From positions 4,850 to 68,849 of the forward strand of contig CACECP010000006.1 in assembly GCA_902558095.1 (NCBI GenBank): a DNA stretch of 64,000 bases. The letters are read 5' to 3'. Under the pieces are notes generated by a model that saw only the letters and a list, made by a program, of their open reading frames with translations, made no database searches and was not told the DNA's origin. The DNA is from an uncultured SAR86 cluster bacterium. Its GTDB lineage: Bacteria > Pseudomonadota > Gammaproteobacteria > Magnimaribacterales > D2472. This document shows, piece by piece, positions 45,197-55,535 of the stretch. Within the stretch, counting starts at the first letter, position 1; each line of letters starts with the position of its first letter. A program made the translations under genes and the position numbers.

Positions 45197-45796
45197 TTAC
45201 GGAACAAGCCAACTGGATACCAAACCATTATCCCATGAATGAATTGCCCTTCTGTGGCCAGATCTTTTTAAATATAAAAATTCGAGAGTATCAAAAGAAA
45301 AAATTAAAGCAGAAAAATTTTTATAGCCGCTCTCAACATCATACTCTTGGATATCATATTCATAAGGATCTTTTATTTGCTTTGAAGAGCCTCCTTTAAC
45401 CGAATAACATTTCTTGGACCTATTAGTAGATCCTTCCCACGCTTTTTTAGAAATATCATTGTTATAGTGCACATTGACCTTTCCATGCAATTTGATTTGT
45501 ACTTTTATACTTGGGTCATAACCAATAACAGTTGCAATAGACTCATTTGAAAACTGTTTAATTTTAGGCGCCCTATAATCTGTATGAAATCTCATGATTC
45601 TTTTATCAAAATCAAATTCTCTTAAAACCATAACTCTTGATGAAATTTTAAATCCATCAAAAGAAGATACCACTAATGTGTGGAATAAAGTTTTAGAATT
45701 ATCGACAGCATCAGATAATATTCTTTCTGCTACCTGGAGAGTTTCTTCTACACAAGAGTAACTATCTGGAATGTCTAATATAGATTCATTGTTCAT
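45197..45796 (-). CDS. pyridoxamine 5'-phosphate oxidase-like FMN-binding protein
   Basis: Split-barrel pattern (VLREFDFDKRIMRFHTDYRAPK, VQIKLHGKV). The ATG at 45796 forms an ATGA overlap with the cysS stop. The track's upstream start at 45811 is also possible. Confidence 0.55.
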   Translation of the reverse strand: MNNESILDIPDSYSCVEETLQVAERILSDAVDNSKTLFHTLVVSSFDGFKISSRVMVLREFDFDKRIMRFHTDYRAPKIKQFSNESIATVIGYDPSIKVQIKLHGKVNVHYNNDISKKAWEGSTNRSKKCYSVKGGSSKQIKDPYEYDIQEYDVESGYKNFSALIFSFDTLEFLYLKRSGHRRAIHSWDNGLVSSWLVP

Positions 45797-47160
45797 GATT
45801 TTAGGTTCCAAGATGTACCATCGCTAGTATCTTTTATTTCAATACCTAGTTCATTTAGCTCATTTCGAATTTGGTCAGCCATATCAAAATTTTTGTCTTT
45901 TTTTGCATTTTCTCTTTTAATAATTAGCTCCTCAATCTTTTGCTGCATCTCATCTGAGACTTGATTAAAAGATTTGTCTTGAAAGATGCCTAGAACAGAT
46001 CCAATTAACATAAGTTTTGACTTAATTTGTTCTTTATCTTTTGCATCCGAGCTATATTCTTTTGCTATTTTATTTAACTCTGCAATTAAACCCGGCGTAT
46101 TAAGATCATCTAGCAATGTTGCGATAGCTTCATTATCAGAAGAAGTTATATTTATATTTTTTAAATCATCAAGAATGATATATATTTTATTGAGCAACTT
46201 CTTTGCCTGATGAATTATTTTTTCATTCCAATCAAGCCCCTTTCTATAATGAGTCGATAAAAGAGCTAGCCTAATTACTTCTCCATGATGGTCTTGGATT
46301 AGATCATTAACAAGAATAATATTACCAAGAGATTTAGACATTTTTTCACCATCAATTGTTACGAAACCATTATGCATCCAATACTTAGCATAAGAATCTG
46401 GTTCGTCTATGTTTGCTGAAGAACAACAACTTTGAGCAATTTCATTCTCGTGATGCGGAAAAATTAAATCTCTCCCGCCCCCGTGAATATCAAATGGAAG
46501 GCCTAGAGTCTTTTCTGACATTGCCGAACATTCTGTATGCCATCCTGGCCTCCCAAAACCCCATGGCGAATCCCATCCTGGTTGAGTATTATTGCTTGGT
46601 TTCCATAAAACAAAATCAGATGGGTCTTTTTTAAAAGGAGCAACCTCAACCCTGCTCCCGGCAATCTGCTCTTCTCTATTTCTATTAGATAATTCTCCAT
46701 ACATTGAATAAGAAGGGACATGAAAGAGAACATGTCCATCTTTTTCATAAGCAAATTCTTTACTAATTAAGTCTTTAATTAATTCAATCATTTCTGGAAT
46801 ATATTCTGTTGCTTTCGGTTGAATGTCTGGCTTTAAAACATTTAGCATTGACATATCTTCATTATATATTTGGGTGTATTTTTCAGTAATTTCAGTTATT
46901 TCAGCATTTTGTTCTTTAGCAGCCTCAATGATCTTGTCATCTATGTCTGTGATATTAGATACGTAAGTAACCTTTGGATAAATAACTCTTAAAGTTCTTA
47001 CAAAAGTATCAAAAACCACAGCCATTCTTGCATTTCCAATATGTGCAAAATTATAGACAGTAGGTCCACATGCATAAATTTTTATATGGTTTTTATCAAT
47101 AGGAATAAATATTTCTTTTTTACTGTTTAAAGTATTGAATATCTTTAGAGCATTCATCAA
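45793..47160 (-). CDS. cysS: cysteine--tRNA ligase
   Basis: HIGH motif (AHIGNARM), KMSKS motif (KMSKSLGN), Zn-ligand context WHTECS. Confidence 0.95.
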   Translation of the reverse strand: MMNALKIFNTLNSKKEIFIPIDKNHIKIYACGPTVYNFAHIGNARMAVVFDTFVRTLRVIYPKVTYVSNITDIDDKIIEAAKEQNAEITEITEKYTQIYNEDMSMLNVLKPDIQPKATEYIPEMIELIKDLISKEFAYEKDGHVLFHVPSYSMYGELSNRNREEQIAGSRVEVAPFKKDPSDFVLWKPSNNTQPGWDSPWGFGRPGWHTECSAMSEKTLGLPFDIHGGGRDLIFPHHENEIAQSCCSSANIDEPDSYAKYWMHNGFVTIDGEKMSKSLGNIILVNDLIQDHHGEVIRLALLSTHYRKGLDWNEKIIHQAKKLLNKIYIILDDLKNINITSSDNEAIATLLDDLNTPGLIAELNKIAKEYSSDAKDKEQIKSKLMLIGSVLGIFQDKSFNQVSDEMQQKIEELIIKRENAKKDKNFDMADQIRNELNELGIEIKDTSDGTSWNLKS

Positions 47161-47161
47161 A

Positions 47162-47785
47162 TTATTTTAAACTAATTATTTGTAATTCTCTCAACGCATT
47201 AAGCAATGGGAGAAGAGGCATTCCTCTAACAGTAAACGAAGAACCATTTACAGAAGAAAATAAGTTGCATCCTAATGATTCAAATTTATATGCTCCGGCT
47301 GCATGAATTGGATTTTCTATTTCAACATAATTTTCAATCTCTTGCTCCGAAAGACTATGCATACGAAGTTCAACCGTTTCGCTATATTCCCATAAACACT
47401 CATTATTATGATATATACATACCCCGCTATTCTGAGAATGTGTTTTTCCAGATAGTAGTTTAAGATTTTCAATTGCTTTTTCTTTGCTTCCAGGTTTGTT
47501 AAAAACAGTATCTTCCAATACGCACATTTGATCTCCACCGATTACGACTTTGTCAGTGTTTTCCATACTAACGCTTTGAGCTTTTGCTTTTGCCAAATGA
47601 ACTACTTGTTGTTCAAATGGTAAATTAGAAATCTGATCCTTTAATAAATCTTCATCGGTGCCAGAAACAATTACATTAAATTCAATTCCAGCCTCTTCAA
47701 GCATCAACTTTCTACTTTCAGAACCTGATGCAAGAATAATAGGAATTGTAGGCTTGATACTGGAATATTCCAGAGATCTAGTCAT
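47162..47785 (-). CDS. maf: Maf-like nucleoside-triphosphate pyrophosphatase
   Basis: ILASGSESRKLMLEEAGI N-terminus and AGAYKFES motif. Confidence 0.8.
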   Translation of the reverse strand: MTRSLEYSSIKPTIPIILASGSESRKLMLEEAGIEFNVIVSGTDEDLLKDQISNLPFEQQVVHLAKAKAQSVSMENTDKVVIGGDQMCVLEDTVFNKPGSKEKAIENLKLLSGKTHSQNSGVCIYHNNECLWEYSETVELRMHSLSEQEIENYVEIENPIHAAGAYKFESLGCNLFSSVNGSSFTVRGMPLLPLLNALRELQIISLK

Positions 47786-48430
47786 TTAATATTTTTTAGG
47801 CGAGTGAATAAGGCTAATAAATTCTTCTCTAGCTTTACTATCTGATCTAAAAGTTCCTAACATTCTAGATGTGATTGTACTTGATTCTGTTTTATGAACC
47901 CCTCTTGTACTCATACACTGATGATTAGCATCAATAACAACAGCTACACCTTTTGGTTGAAGAACTGTATCGATTGTATCCGCAATTTGCGCTGTCATTG
48001 TTTCTTGTGTTTGAAGCCTCTTACCAAACAAATCTACTAATCTAGCTAGTTTACTTATTCCAACAACTCTTTTTCTAGGTATATAGCCTATATGAGCAAC
48101 TCCTACGATTGGAACCATATGGTGTTCGCAGTGAGATTCAACTCTAATATTTCTTACTATTACGGCATCGTCATAACCTTCAACTTCTTCAAATGTTCTG
48201 CTAAGTATTTCTTTAGGATCTTCTTCATATCCAGAAAAGAATTCTTTATATGCTTTGACTACTCTTTTGGGAGTGTCAACCAAGCCTTCTCTTTCAGGAT
48301 CATCTCCAGCCCAAAGTATTAGAGTTCTAACCGCTTCAAGAGCTTCTTGCTCAAGAGAACTCTCAGAAATTTCTTTAGTAATAGTTTTAACAGCCTTTAA
48401 AGCTTCATCTTTAGATATGTTTTTGCTCAT
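47786..48430 (-). CDS. folE: GTP cyclohydrolase I
   Basis: SHCEHHMVP and HQCMSTRGV motifs. Confidence 0.92.
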   Translation of the reverse strand: MSKNISKDEALKAVKTITKEISESSLEQEALEAVRTLILWAGDDPEREGLVDTPKRVVKAYKEFFSGYEEDPKEILSRTFEEVEGYDDAVIVRNIRVESHCEHHMVPIVGVAHIGYIPRKRVVGISKLARLVDLFGKRLQTQETMTAQIADTIDTVLQPKGVAVVIDANHQCMSTRGVHKTESSTITSRMLGTFRSDSKAREEFISLIHSPKKY

Positions 48431-48584
48431 TTTGTATTTTAGTAATGTTAAAAATGCTTATTTTATAGCATTTTTTTAAAAATTAAACCTAAAACATATT
48501 TTATGGCTTTTGTTTAAGTGAGAAACATGATCGTTATTCTTTATATATACTATGAATATTTAAATAGAAATTTTAAAAATAATT

Positions 48585-49235
48585 ATGCTAAAAACGTTAA
48601 TCCAACCAGTTACTCCTTTTCAACAGAATTCATCAATAGTTTTTTGTTCGCATACTAAAAAATGCGCTATTGTTGATCCAGGTGGTGATATTGAGCTTTT
48701 GCTAAATGTGGCAAAAGAGAATAACTTAATACCTGATAAGATACTTCTTACTCATGGTCATATTGATCATGCTGGAGGTGCAACTGAATTATCTGAAATA
48801 CTTAACATAAAAATTTATGGTCCTCATAAAGCTGATAAATTCTTACTTGATGAGCTTCAGCAACAAGGCGAAATGTTTGGTCTGCCTTCAAAAAACTGTA
48901 ATCCCGATAAATGGCTTGATGAGGGTGATGTTATTGAAATAGGTAATGAAGTTTTAGAGACATTTTTCTGTCCAGGCCACACTCCGGGTCATATCATTTT
49001 TTTTAATAAAAAAAATAAATTAGCTTTAGTCGGTGATGTATTATTTAATGGGTCTATTGGAAGAACTGATTTACCTGGGGGTAACTTTGATGAGCTCATA
49101 AGCTCAGTGAAAAATAAATTGTGGCCACTTGGAAAGGATATAGACTTTATACCTGGTCATGGTCCAGTATCGACTTTCAGAGCAGAAAGAATATCTAATC
49201 CTTTTGTTTCAGATCAAGCTCTTGGTTTAGTCTAG
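48585..49235 (+). CDS. MBL-fold metallo-hydrolase (glyoxalase II-like)
   Basis: THGHIDHAGG motif, CPGHTPGH, GDVLFNGSIGRTD. Confidence 0.8.
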   Translation: MLKTLIQPVTPFQQNSSIVFCSHTKKCAIVDPGGDIELLLNVAKENNLIPDKILLTHGHIDHAGGATELSEILNIKIYGPHKADKFLLDELQQQGEMFGLPSKNCNPDKWLDEGDVIEIGNEVLETFFCPGHTPGHIIFFNKKNKLALVGDVLFNGSIGRTDLPGGNFDELISSVKNKLWPLGKDIDFIPGHGPVSTFRAERISNPFVSDQALGLV

Positions 49236-50038
49236 TTTCTATCATATCTTCCGGGAGCTAGCGCAGTTCCAATAAGTCTTAAAATTGATTGAGGAATATT
49301 TTTTAACATAAAGACTAAAAACTTATACGTTTTTGTTGGAACGCAAAGGCTTTTTCCAGACAATGTTGCAGTTACAGCCTCTTTTGCAATTCTTTCTGCA
49401 GAGAAAACCATAAATTTAGGAACTCTATTCATTTCTTCTTGAACTCCACTTGCTGTATGAAAACCAGTGGTAGTAAATCCTGGACAAACTGCCGTTGATG
49501 TTATCCCTTTGTGCTTATAGTTTATGTTTATACTATCGCTAAATCTGTTCATAAAAGTTTTTATTGGTCCATAAAGAGGCTGAATTGCTGATGGGGCAGC
49601 AAAAGAAGCAACTGAAGATACTATCATTATTTTTCCACCGCCATTTTCAAGCATTCTTGGTAAAAATAATTTTGTAAGCATTATTACAGATGTTCCAAGG
49701 ACTCTAATAAAGTCTTCTTCAATTTCTATGCTTGTTTCATGAAAAGATGTCTTTATTCCGTAGCCTGCATTATTTACTAGCAAATCTACTTGATAATTTT
49801 TTGATTCACAAAATTCAAAAATCTCATTTGGTGACTCATACTTGCTCAAGTCTTTTGAGATAAAATCAACATGAACATTATTTTTATCAGTAATTTCTTT
49901 AGCAAGAGATTCAAGCAACTCGGTTCTTCGGGCTGTTAAAATCAAGTTATAACCTCTTCCAGCTAGATTTTTTGCTATCTCTAAACCTATTCCAGATGAT
50001 GCTCCTGTTATTAATGCATAAGAATTTTTCATAGGCAT
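49232..50038 (-). CDS. short-chain dehydrogenase/reductase (SDR)
   Basis: TGASSGIG cofactor motif, NNAG, and YGPIK (YxxxK) catalytic motif. Confidence 0.85.
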   Translation of the reverse strand: MPMKNSYALITGASSGIGLEIAKNLAGRGYNLILTARRTELLESLAKEITDKNNVHVDFISKDLSKYESPNEIFEFCESKNYQVDLLVNNAGYGIKTSFHETSIEIEEDFIRVLGTSVIMLTKLFLPRMLENGGGKIMIVSSVASFAAPSAIQPLYGPIKTFMNRFSDSININYKHKGITSTAVCPGFTTTGFHTASGVQEEMNRVPKFMVFSAERIAKEAVTATLSGKSLCVPTKTYKFLVFMLKNIPQSILRLIGTALAPGRYDRN

Positions 50039-50098
50039 ATACTACCAGTAAGCTTCTTTCTAGGATAGAATTACCTGCTATTTAACGAGACTACACAA

Positions 50099-52582
50099 AT
50101 GAAAAATAAATCGAAACTATTTAATATTAATATATTTTTATCATTGATTATCTTTATTGGTTTGAACTCATATTCAATCAATATATTTGCAGAAGATGAT
50201 GAAAAAGCATCCTCATCTGAAGAAATAACTGATGATGCATCGCCAAAAAAGCCTAAAGGGATTCCAGGCAAGAAAAAGGAATATAAGACTATAGATGAAT
50301 TTTTAGAAGATGGTGAATATATTTCAATTGATGGCTTTATGAATGTTTTGCACGAAACAGAAAAAGATAAATATTATCTTATTCTTAATGAAGACCAGCT
50401 TAATAAAGAGTTTATTTACTTCACCTATATTCTTAATGGACCTTCTGATGCAGGTCCAAGTGGTGGTGATATGGGAGAAGCTTTCATTCTTGAGTTTAGA
50501 AAATTTAAAGAAGATATTGGAATATACAAAAAAAATACAAAATTTAAATATGACGATTCAAATAAAATTTCTCAATCAAAGTTAACAAATATTATTGAAG
50601 CATTTTTAGGGAGATTTTCAGTTATTGTCAATGAAGACTCAAAATATCTCATCAACATAGATAAGATGTTTTTAAGTGAAATGTTGGTGGCAATTACACC
50701 CAACATTCCTAAAGAGTATATGGAGTATTACAACCTAATACTTGGAAGGCCCGATAAATCAAAAACATTTATTGATGAAGTAAAAAACTATGAAAAAAAT
50801 ACCTCATTTAAAGTTAGATATGGATTCTTTAACCCCAAACCAAAATCTGGTGGATCAATTGATGCAGTAACAGATAAAAGATATACATATGTTGACGGTC
50901 TTCACTTATTTGTAGAAATGCCAGATGATAAATTTGAACCAAGAGTTGCCGATCAAAGAATAGGTTATTTTTCTGAAAAAGTTACCGATCTATCAACATA
51001 TGACTCCAATAATGCTAGAGACTTGATGAATAGATGGAGACTTATAAAAAAAGATCCTGATGCAGAGCTATCAGAGCCCGAAGAGCCATTAGTTTATTGG
51101 GTCGAAAATTCTACACCTGAGGAAATACGTCCTTTTGTAGTTAAAGGTATTGAGGCTTGGAATAAAGCCTTTGAAAAAGCTGGTTTCAAAAATGCAATTG
51201 TTGCAAAGATTCAACCTGATGATGCTGAGTGGGATGCTGGTGATGTTAGATATAACGTAGTTAGATGGGCTTCAACTCCTGATCCAAGATACTCTGGGTA
51301 TGGACCAAGTGTTGCTAATCCAAGAACAGGAGAAATTATAGCTGCAGATATTGTTCAAGAGTTTAATGCTATCAAAAGAGGTTATACCTACAGAAAATTA
51401 TGGGGATATACTCCAGAAAATGATCCTCTAGAACAATGGATAGTTTCATTAACTATGCATGAGGTTGGCCATACCTTGGGTTTAAGACATAACTTTAAAT
51501 CAAGTTGGATATATGATGCGAAACAAGTGCATGACGTATCAATTACAGGGGATAATCATATAGGTTCAGTAATGGATTATGATCCAATCAATTTAGCGCC
51601 TGAAGGTTCGGTCCAAGGTAATTTCTTTCCAACTGGCCCAGGATCTTATGATATCTGGGCAATTGAATTTGGTTATACTCCAAGCTTTACTGATGAAGAA
51701 AGAGAAAATCTTCTATCTAAATCAACACAACCTGAATATATTTTTGGAACTGATGGAGATGCAATGTCCTCTCCTGGAATCAATATAGATCCAAGAAACT
51801 ATAGAGGTGATATGTCCAATGACCCTATAACGTATACATCAGATAGAATAAAAACTTTGGATGCAAAAATTGCTGAGCTACCAGATATTTTTCTTGTTGA
51901 TGGAGAAACTTCTACTGAATTCAGGTCTGTTTTTTACAGTCTTACATCTGAAAAAGGAAGATTTCTTGATGGTGTTTCTAGATTAATAGGTGGAGTTTAC
52001 TCTAATAGAATAGTCAATGACTCAAATAAAGATATCACCCCTTTTGAGGCTGTATCTTATGAAGATCAAAAAAGAGCTATGAATTTAATTAAAGAAAAGC
52101 TTTTATCAAATGATGCATTTTCATTTGATGAAAACTTATTAAAGTACCTCCAAAGCGAAAAAAGAGCAGCATATAGTTCTGGAAGAAGGGTCAATGAAGA
52201 TCCTAAGTTGCACGATCTGGTTTTAAGTATGCAAGGAAGAACACTATCGCATATTCTTCATCCAGTTGTAATGATGAGACTCGTTGATAGCTCTCAATAC
52301 GGAAATACTTATATGCCTGATGAAGTTTTGGAAGATCTTTTTGATGGTATTTTTGTTCAAAGAGAAATACCTACAACTTTTAAAATGAATCTTCAATCTA
52401 AATATGTTGATAGCCTAATTAGTGCTTTAGATGATGATGACTATGATGAAATATCAAAAGCTGCTATTTATGCTTCTTTGGTAAGTATAAAAAAATTTAC
52501 TAAATCTCAATACGTAGATTCAAAGACTAAGGTTCACTATGAATTCTTAAACTGGAAGGTATCTAAAGCTTTAGATGATTAA
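50099..52582 (+). CDS. secreted zinc metalloprotease (reprolysin-like, DUF4953/DUF5117-type)
   Basis: Signal peptide plus HEVGHTLGLRHNF (HExxHxxGxxH). Confidence 0.8.
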   Translation: MKNKSKLFNINIFLSLIIFIGLNSYSINIFAEDDEKASSSEEITDDASPKKPKGIPGKKKEYKTIDEFLEDGEYISIDGFMNVLHETEKDKYYLILNEDQLNKEFIYFTYILNGPSDAGPSGGDMGEAFILEFRKFKEDIGIYKKNTKFKYDDSNKISQSKLTNIIEAFLGRFSVIVNEDSKYLINIDKMFLSEMLVAITPNIPKEYMEYYNLILGRPDKSKTFIDEVKNYEKNTSFKVRYGFFNPKPKSGGSIDAVTDKRYTYVDGLHLFVEMPDDKFEPRVADQRIGYFSEKVTDLSTYDSNNARDLMNRWRLIKKDPDAELSEPEEPLVYWVENSTPEEIRPFVVKGIEAWNKAFEKAGFKNAIVAKIQPDDAEWDAGDVRYNVVRWASTPDPRYSGYGPSVANPRTGEIIAADIVQEFNAIKRGYTYRKLWGYTPENDPLEQWIVSLTMHEVGHTLGLRHNFKSSWIYDAKQVHDVSITGDNHIGSVMDYDPINLAPEGSVQGNFFPTGPGSYDIWAIEFGYTPSFTDEERENLLSKSTQPEYIFGTDGDAMSSPGINIDPRNYRGDMSNDPITYTSDRIKTLDAKIAELPDIFLVDGETSTEFRSVFYSLTSEKGRFLDGVSRLIGGVYSNRIVNDSNKDITPFEAVSYEDQKRAMNLIKEKLLSNDAFSFDENLLKYLQSEKRAAYSSGRRVNEDPKLHDLVLSMQGRTLSHILHPVVMMRLVDSSQYGNTYMPDEVLEDLFDGIFVQREIPTTFKMNLQSKYVDSLISALDDDDYDEISKAAIYASLVSIKKFTKSQYVDSKTKVHYEFLNWKVSKALDD

Positions 52583-52605
52583 TCTAAAGCTTTAGAAAAT
52601 GGATT

Positions 52606-52977
52606 TTACTCTGGTATTTTTAAAACTCCGAATGCGCCTAAGAGCATTACAACTGAAGCTATAAGTGTTAAATAAACACCAATACCTGCTACAGCAAATA
52701 AATCACCGCCTCTTGAAATGACATAGATAAACGGGACTATTCCAGCAGCAATTGCCAAATACTTTCCTAGCTTTTCATTAGAGATAACATCAGCCACAAT
52801 TACTCCAATTGAAAGTAAAGGAATAAACCATATGATTACAGCCGCTCCTCCTATTTGAGCAGCTTTCAATCCGCTCATGGTGACTGACATATAACTATTA
52901 CCTGCACTAATCCATGGCAAAAAGAATGCCACAATTAATAGAATTGCAGAGATATTTGTTACTTTTTTTATATTCAT
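52606..52977 (-). CDS. small 4-TM membrane protein
   Basis: 123 aa, four hydrophobic helices, Gly/Ala-rich. Confidence 0.55.
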   Translation of the reverse strand: MNIKKVTNISAILLIVAFFLPWISAGNSYMSVTMSGLKAAQIGGAAVIIWFIPLLSIGVIVADVISNEKLGKYLAIAAGIVPFIYVISRGGDLFAVAGIGVYLTLIASVVMLLGAFGVLKIPE

Positions 52978-53053
52978 ATTCTCTCCTAATTAAATACCTG
53001 AATAATCATAACAGAGAATTTAATTTATCGCCTATGTTATTGAAGATTAAAAA

Positions 53054-53323
53054 TTAAAGTGATTCTATCTTTAGAAGTATCTTCTTTAATCTAGCGCCTC
53101 CACTTCCACTATATCCGCCTAATTCTCCATTTGAGCAAATTACTCTATGACATGGTCTGATAATTGGTAAAGGATTTTTACCACAAGCGTTTGCTACTGC
53201 TCTTGAGGATTTTGGTCTACCTATTTTTATTGCAATTTCCTTGTAAGTCATAGTTTTTCCATAGGGTATTTTTTCAATTTCTTCCCATACTAACTGTTGA
53301 AAATGAGATGGTTTCTTCATCAA
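53054..53323 (-). CDS. single-domain MGMT-family methyltransferase (DNA-binding/active-site domain only)
   Basis: IRPCHRVI active-site PCHR motif in an 89-aa protein. ATGA overlap with the upstream aminotransferase. Confidence 0.75.
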   Translation of the reverse strand: MMKKPSHFQQLVWEEIEKIPYGKTMTYKEIAIKIGRPKSSRAVANACGKNPLPIIRPCHRVICSNGELGGYSGSGGARLKKILLKIESL

Positions 53324-54555
53324 ATTGAAGAAATAACTTTTGTAATTTTTTCAATTGCCCAATCAATCTCTTTTTTAGTGATCATTAATGGAGGAGCAAA
53401 CCTTATTACAGATTTATGAGTTTCTTTACACAACAGCCCTTCATTTAACAACATTAAACATAAATCTTTTGCATTGAAATTGTGCTTATTAAGCTCCATT
53501 CCAATCCACAACCCTTTCCCTCTGACTTCTTTAATAATATTATTATCAATTGATCTCAACTTCGATTTAAAATAACTACCAAGTTCGCAACTATTATCAA
53601 TTAAATTGTCTTCATACAATATCTCTAATGCTCTTGTAGCTATTTTTGAGGCTAAAGGATTACCGCCAAACGTTGAACCGTGAGAACCAGAATTAAAGTG
53701 ATCCATAACATTTTTTGAACTTAGAAAAGCTGATATTGGCATCATGGCACCTCCTAAAGCTTTGCCAAGAATCAGACCATCCGGAATTATATCCTCATGT
53801 TGAAATGCAAATAATTTACCTGTTCGACCTAATCCTGATTGAATTTCATCAAGAATTAACAAGATATCATTTTCATTACATAACTCTCTCAACTCATGAA
53901 GCCATCCTTTTTCTGGCACCCTAATTCCAGCCTCACCTTGGATTGGTTCTACCAATATTGCACAAGTATTTTTGTTTATTTTTTCTTTAAATGATTCAAT
54001 TGATTCTTCTTTACTGCATCCAGACCAGCAGAATTTTGCTTCTACAAAACCTTTGCTAAATGGTCCAAAACCCCTCTTATATGACTCCTCAGATGAAAAG
54101 CCAACTATGGTCGTTGTTCTTCCATGAAAATTCCCATCTGCAACAATAATTTCAGCTTTATTCTCTGATATACCTTTAGTGAAATACCCCCACCTTCTTG
54201 CAGCCTTTATTGCTGTTTCAACAGCTTCAGCTCCAGTATTCATTGTTAATACAGATTCGAATCCTGATATATTTGTTAATGATTCTAGGAAGTTAGCGAA
54301 TGGTTCCGTGTAGAATGCTCTTGATGTTATCGCGAGTTTTTCTGATTGATTTTTGATTGCTTTAACTAATTCTGGATGCGAATGCCCATGACTTACAGCA
54401 GAATAAGCAGAAACCATATCAAGATATTTATTTCCATCAACATCCCAAAGATAGACACCCTTACCTTTTTCAAGAACTACTGAAAGTGGTGAATAATTTT
54501 GAGCACCATGAAGTAACTCTTTTTTAATAAATTCATCTTGTAAACTTTGAGACAT
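53320..54555 (-). CDS. rocD: ornithine aminotransferase (class III PLP aminotransferase)
   Basis: NYSPLSVVLEKGKGVYLWDVDGNKYLDMVSAYSAVSHGHSHP is OAT-like. DEIQSGLGRTG motif. Confidence 0.8.
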   Translation of the reverse strand: MSQSLQDEFIKKELLHGAQNYSPLSVVLEKGKGVYLWDVDGNKYLDMVSAYSAVSHGHSHPELVKAIKNQSEKLAITSRAFYTEPFANFLESLTNISGFESVLTMNTGAEAVETAIKAARRWGYFTKGISENKAEIIVADGNFHGRTTTIVGFSSEESYKRGFGPFSKGFVEAKFCWSGCSKEESIESFKEKINKNTCAILVEPIQGEAGIRVPEKGWLHELRELCNENDILLILDEIQSGLGRTGKLFAFQHEDIIPDGLILGKALGGAMMPISAFLSSKNVMDHFNSGSHGSTFGGNPLASKIATRALEILYEDNLIDNSCELGSYFKSKLRSIDNNIIKEVRGKGLWIGMELNKHNFNAKDLCLMLLNEGLLCKETHKSVIRFAPPLMITKKEIDWAIEKITKVISSI

Positions 54556-54597
54556 GAGTGTATTTTAACCGCATAGTAAATATCAGCAAAGGAGTGT

Positions 54598-55494
54598 ATG
54601 TCAAAACAATCAACCTCACATTTATTTATGATCGAACCTGAATCTTTCTATGTAAATGAACAAACTGCATTCACTAACCATTATCAAAAAGAAGCAAACG
54701 ATGAAAGTCCTCAAATTATTGCTGAGAAAGCATTAAATGAATTTCATAATCTCAAAAACAAGATTGAAGAAAAAGGAATTAAAGTAACCAGTCTAAAAGG
54801 TTCAGAGGATTGTCCAGATCATATATTTCCAAATTGGTTTATTACGTTTGAGGATAAAACCATGCAAATTTTTAGCATGATGGCTCCAAATAGAAGAAAA
54901 GAAAAAAAATTATCAATGATTGAACATTTAATGCAAACTTATAAGCTTACTGATGATATGTCTCACCTTGAAAAAAGAGAGATTTTCCTAGAGTCAACAA
55001 GCAGTATGGTTTTTGATAGAGTAAACAGAGTTGTATATGCAGGAATCTCTCCAAGAACTAATGCAGTTCAGTTGATAATATGGTGCAGACACAATAATTA
55101 TGAACTTGTTTTATTTGAAACAGAAGGACATACAGGATCACCGATATATCATACTGATGTGTTGATGTATGTTGGCACTGATATAGTGGGAATATGTTTT
55201 GATGTTATTAGACCTGAGCACAGAGATTATGTAAAAGATAAGGTTCGGCAACATCACGAAGTTATAGAATTATCATCAGAACAAATTGAAGAATTTTGTG
55301 GAAATGCAATTGAAGCACAAAATTTAGATAATGAACTATTTCTGATTATGTCCTCAAGAGCCTTTAAAGCATTAAAACAAGAACAAATAAATAAACTTCT
55401 TACAAGTTATAAAGAAATAATTCATTCCGATATTCCGACAATAGAAAAATATGGCGGTGGCTCTGCAAGATGTATGCTTACTGAGTTGTTCTAA
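54598..55494 (+). CDS. ctlX: amidinotransferase-superfamily hydrolase (CtlX citrulline-utilisation-like)
   Basis: ~300 aa with the C-terminal catalytic Cys context GGGSARCMLTELF. Divergent partner of the ornithine aminotransferase. Confidence 0.6.
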   Translation: MSKQSTSHLFMIEPESFYVNEQTAFTNHYQKEANDESPQIIAEKALNEFHNLKNKIEEKGIKVTSLKGSEDCPDHIFPNWFITFEDKTMQIFSMMAPNRRKEKKLSMIEHLMQTYKLTDDMSHLEKREIFLESTSSMVFDRVNRVVYAGISPRTNAVQLIIWCRHNNYELVLFETEGHTGSPIYHTDVLMYVGTDIVGICFDVIRPEHRDYVKDKVRQHHEVIELSSEQIEEFCGNAIEAQNLDNELFLIMSSRAFKALKQEQINKLLTSYKEIIHSDIPTIEKYGGGSARCMLTELF

Positions 55495-55495
55495 A

Positions 55496-55517
55496 AAAGG
55501 AGGGTTACCCCTCCTTT
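55496..55517. terminator. bidirectional terminator between convergent genes
   Basis: AAAGGAGGG-TTAC-CCCTCCTTT, a 9-bp stem. Extra T residues follow on the minus strand. Confidence 0.7.
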
Positions 55518-55535
55518 CTAGATTGAAAAAATCAA

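Noticed and set aside
48431-48584. Possible THF/preQ1-type riboswitch or ncRNA in the folE-MBL divergent intergenic region
   Set aside because: Only a weak A/T hairpin (AAATGCT..AGCATTT) is present. No conserved aptamer motifs are recognisable, and the region is most simply two divergent promoters.
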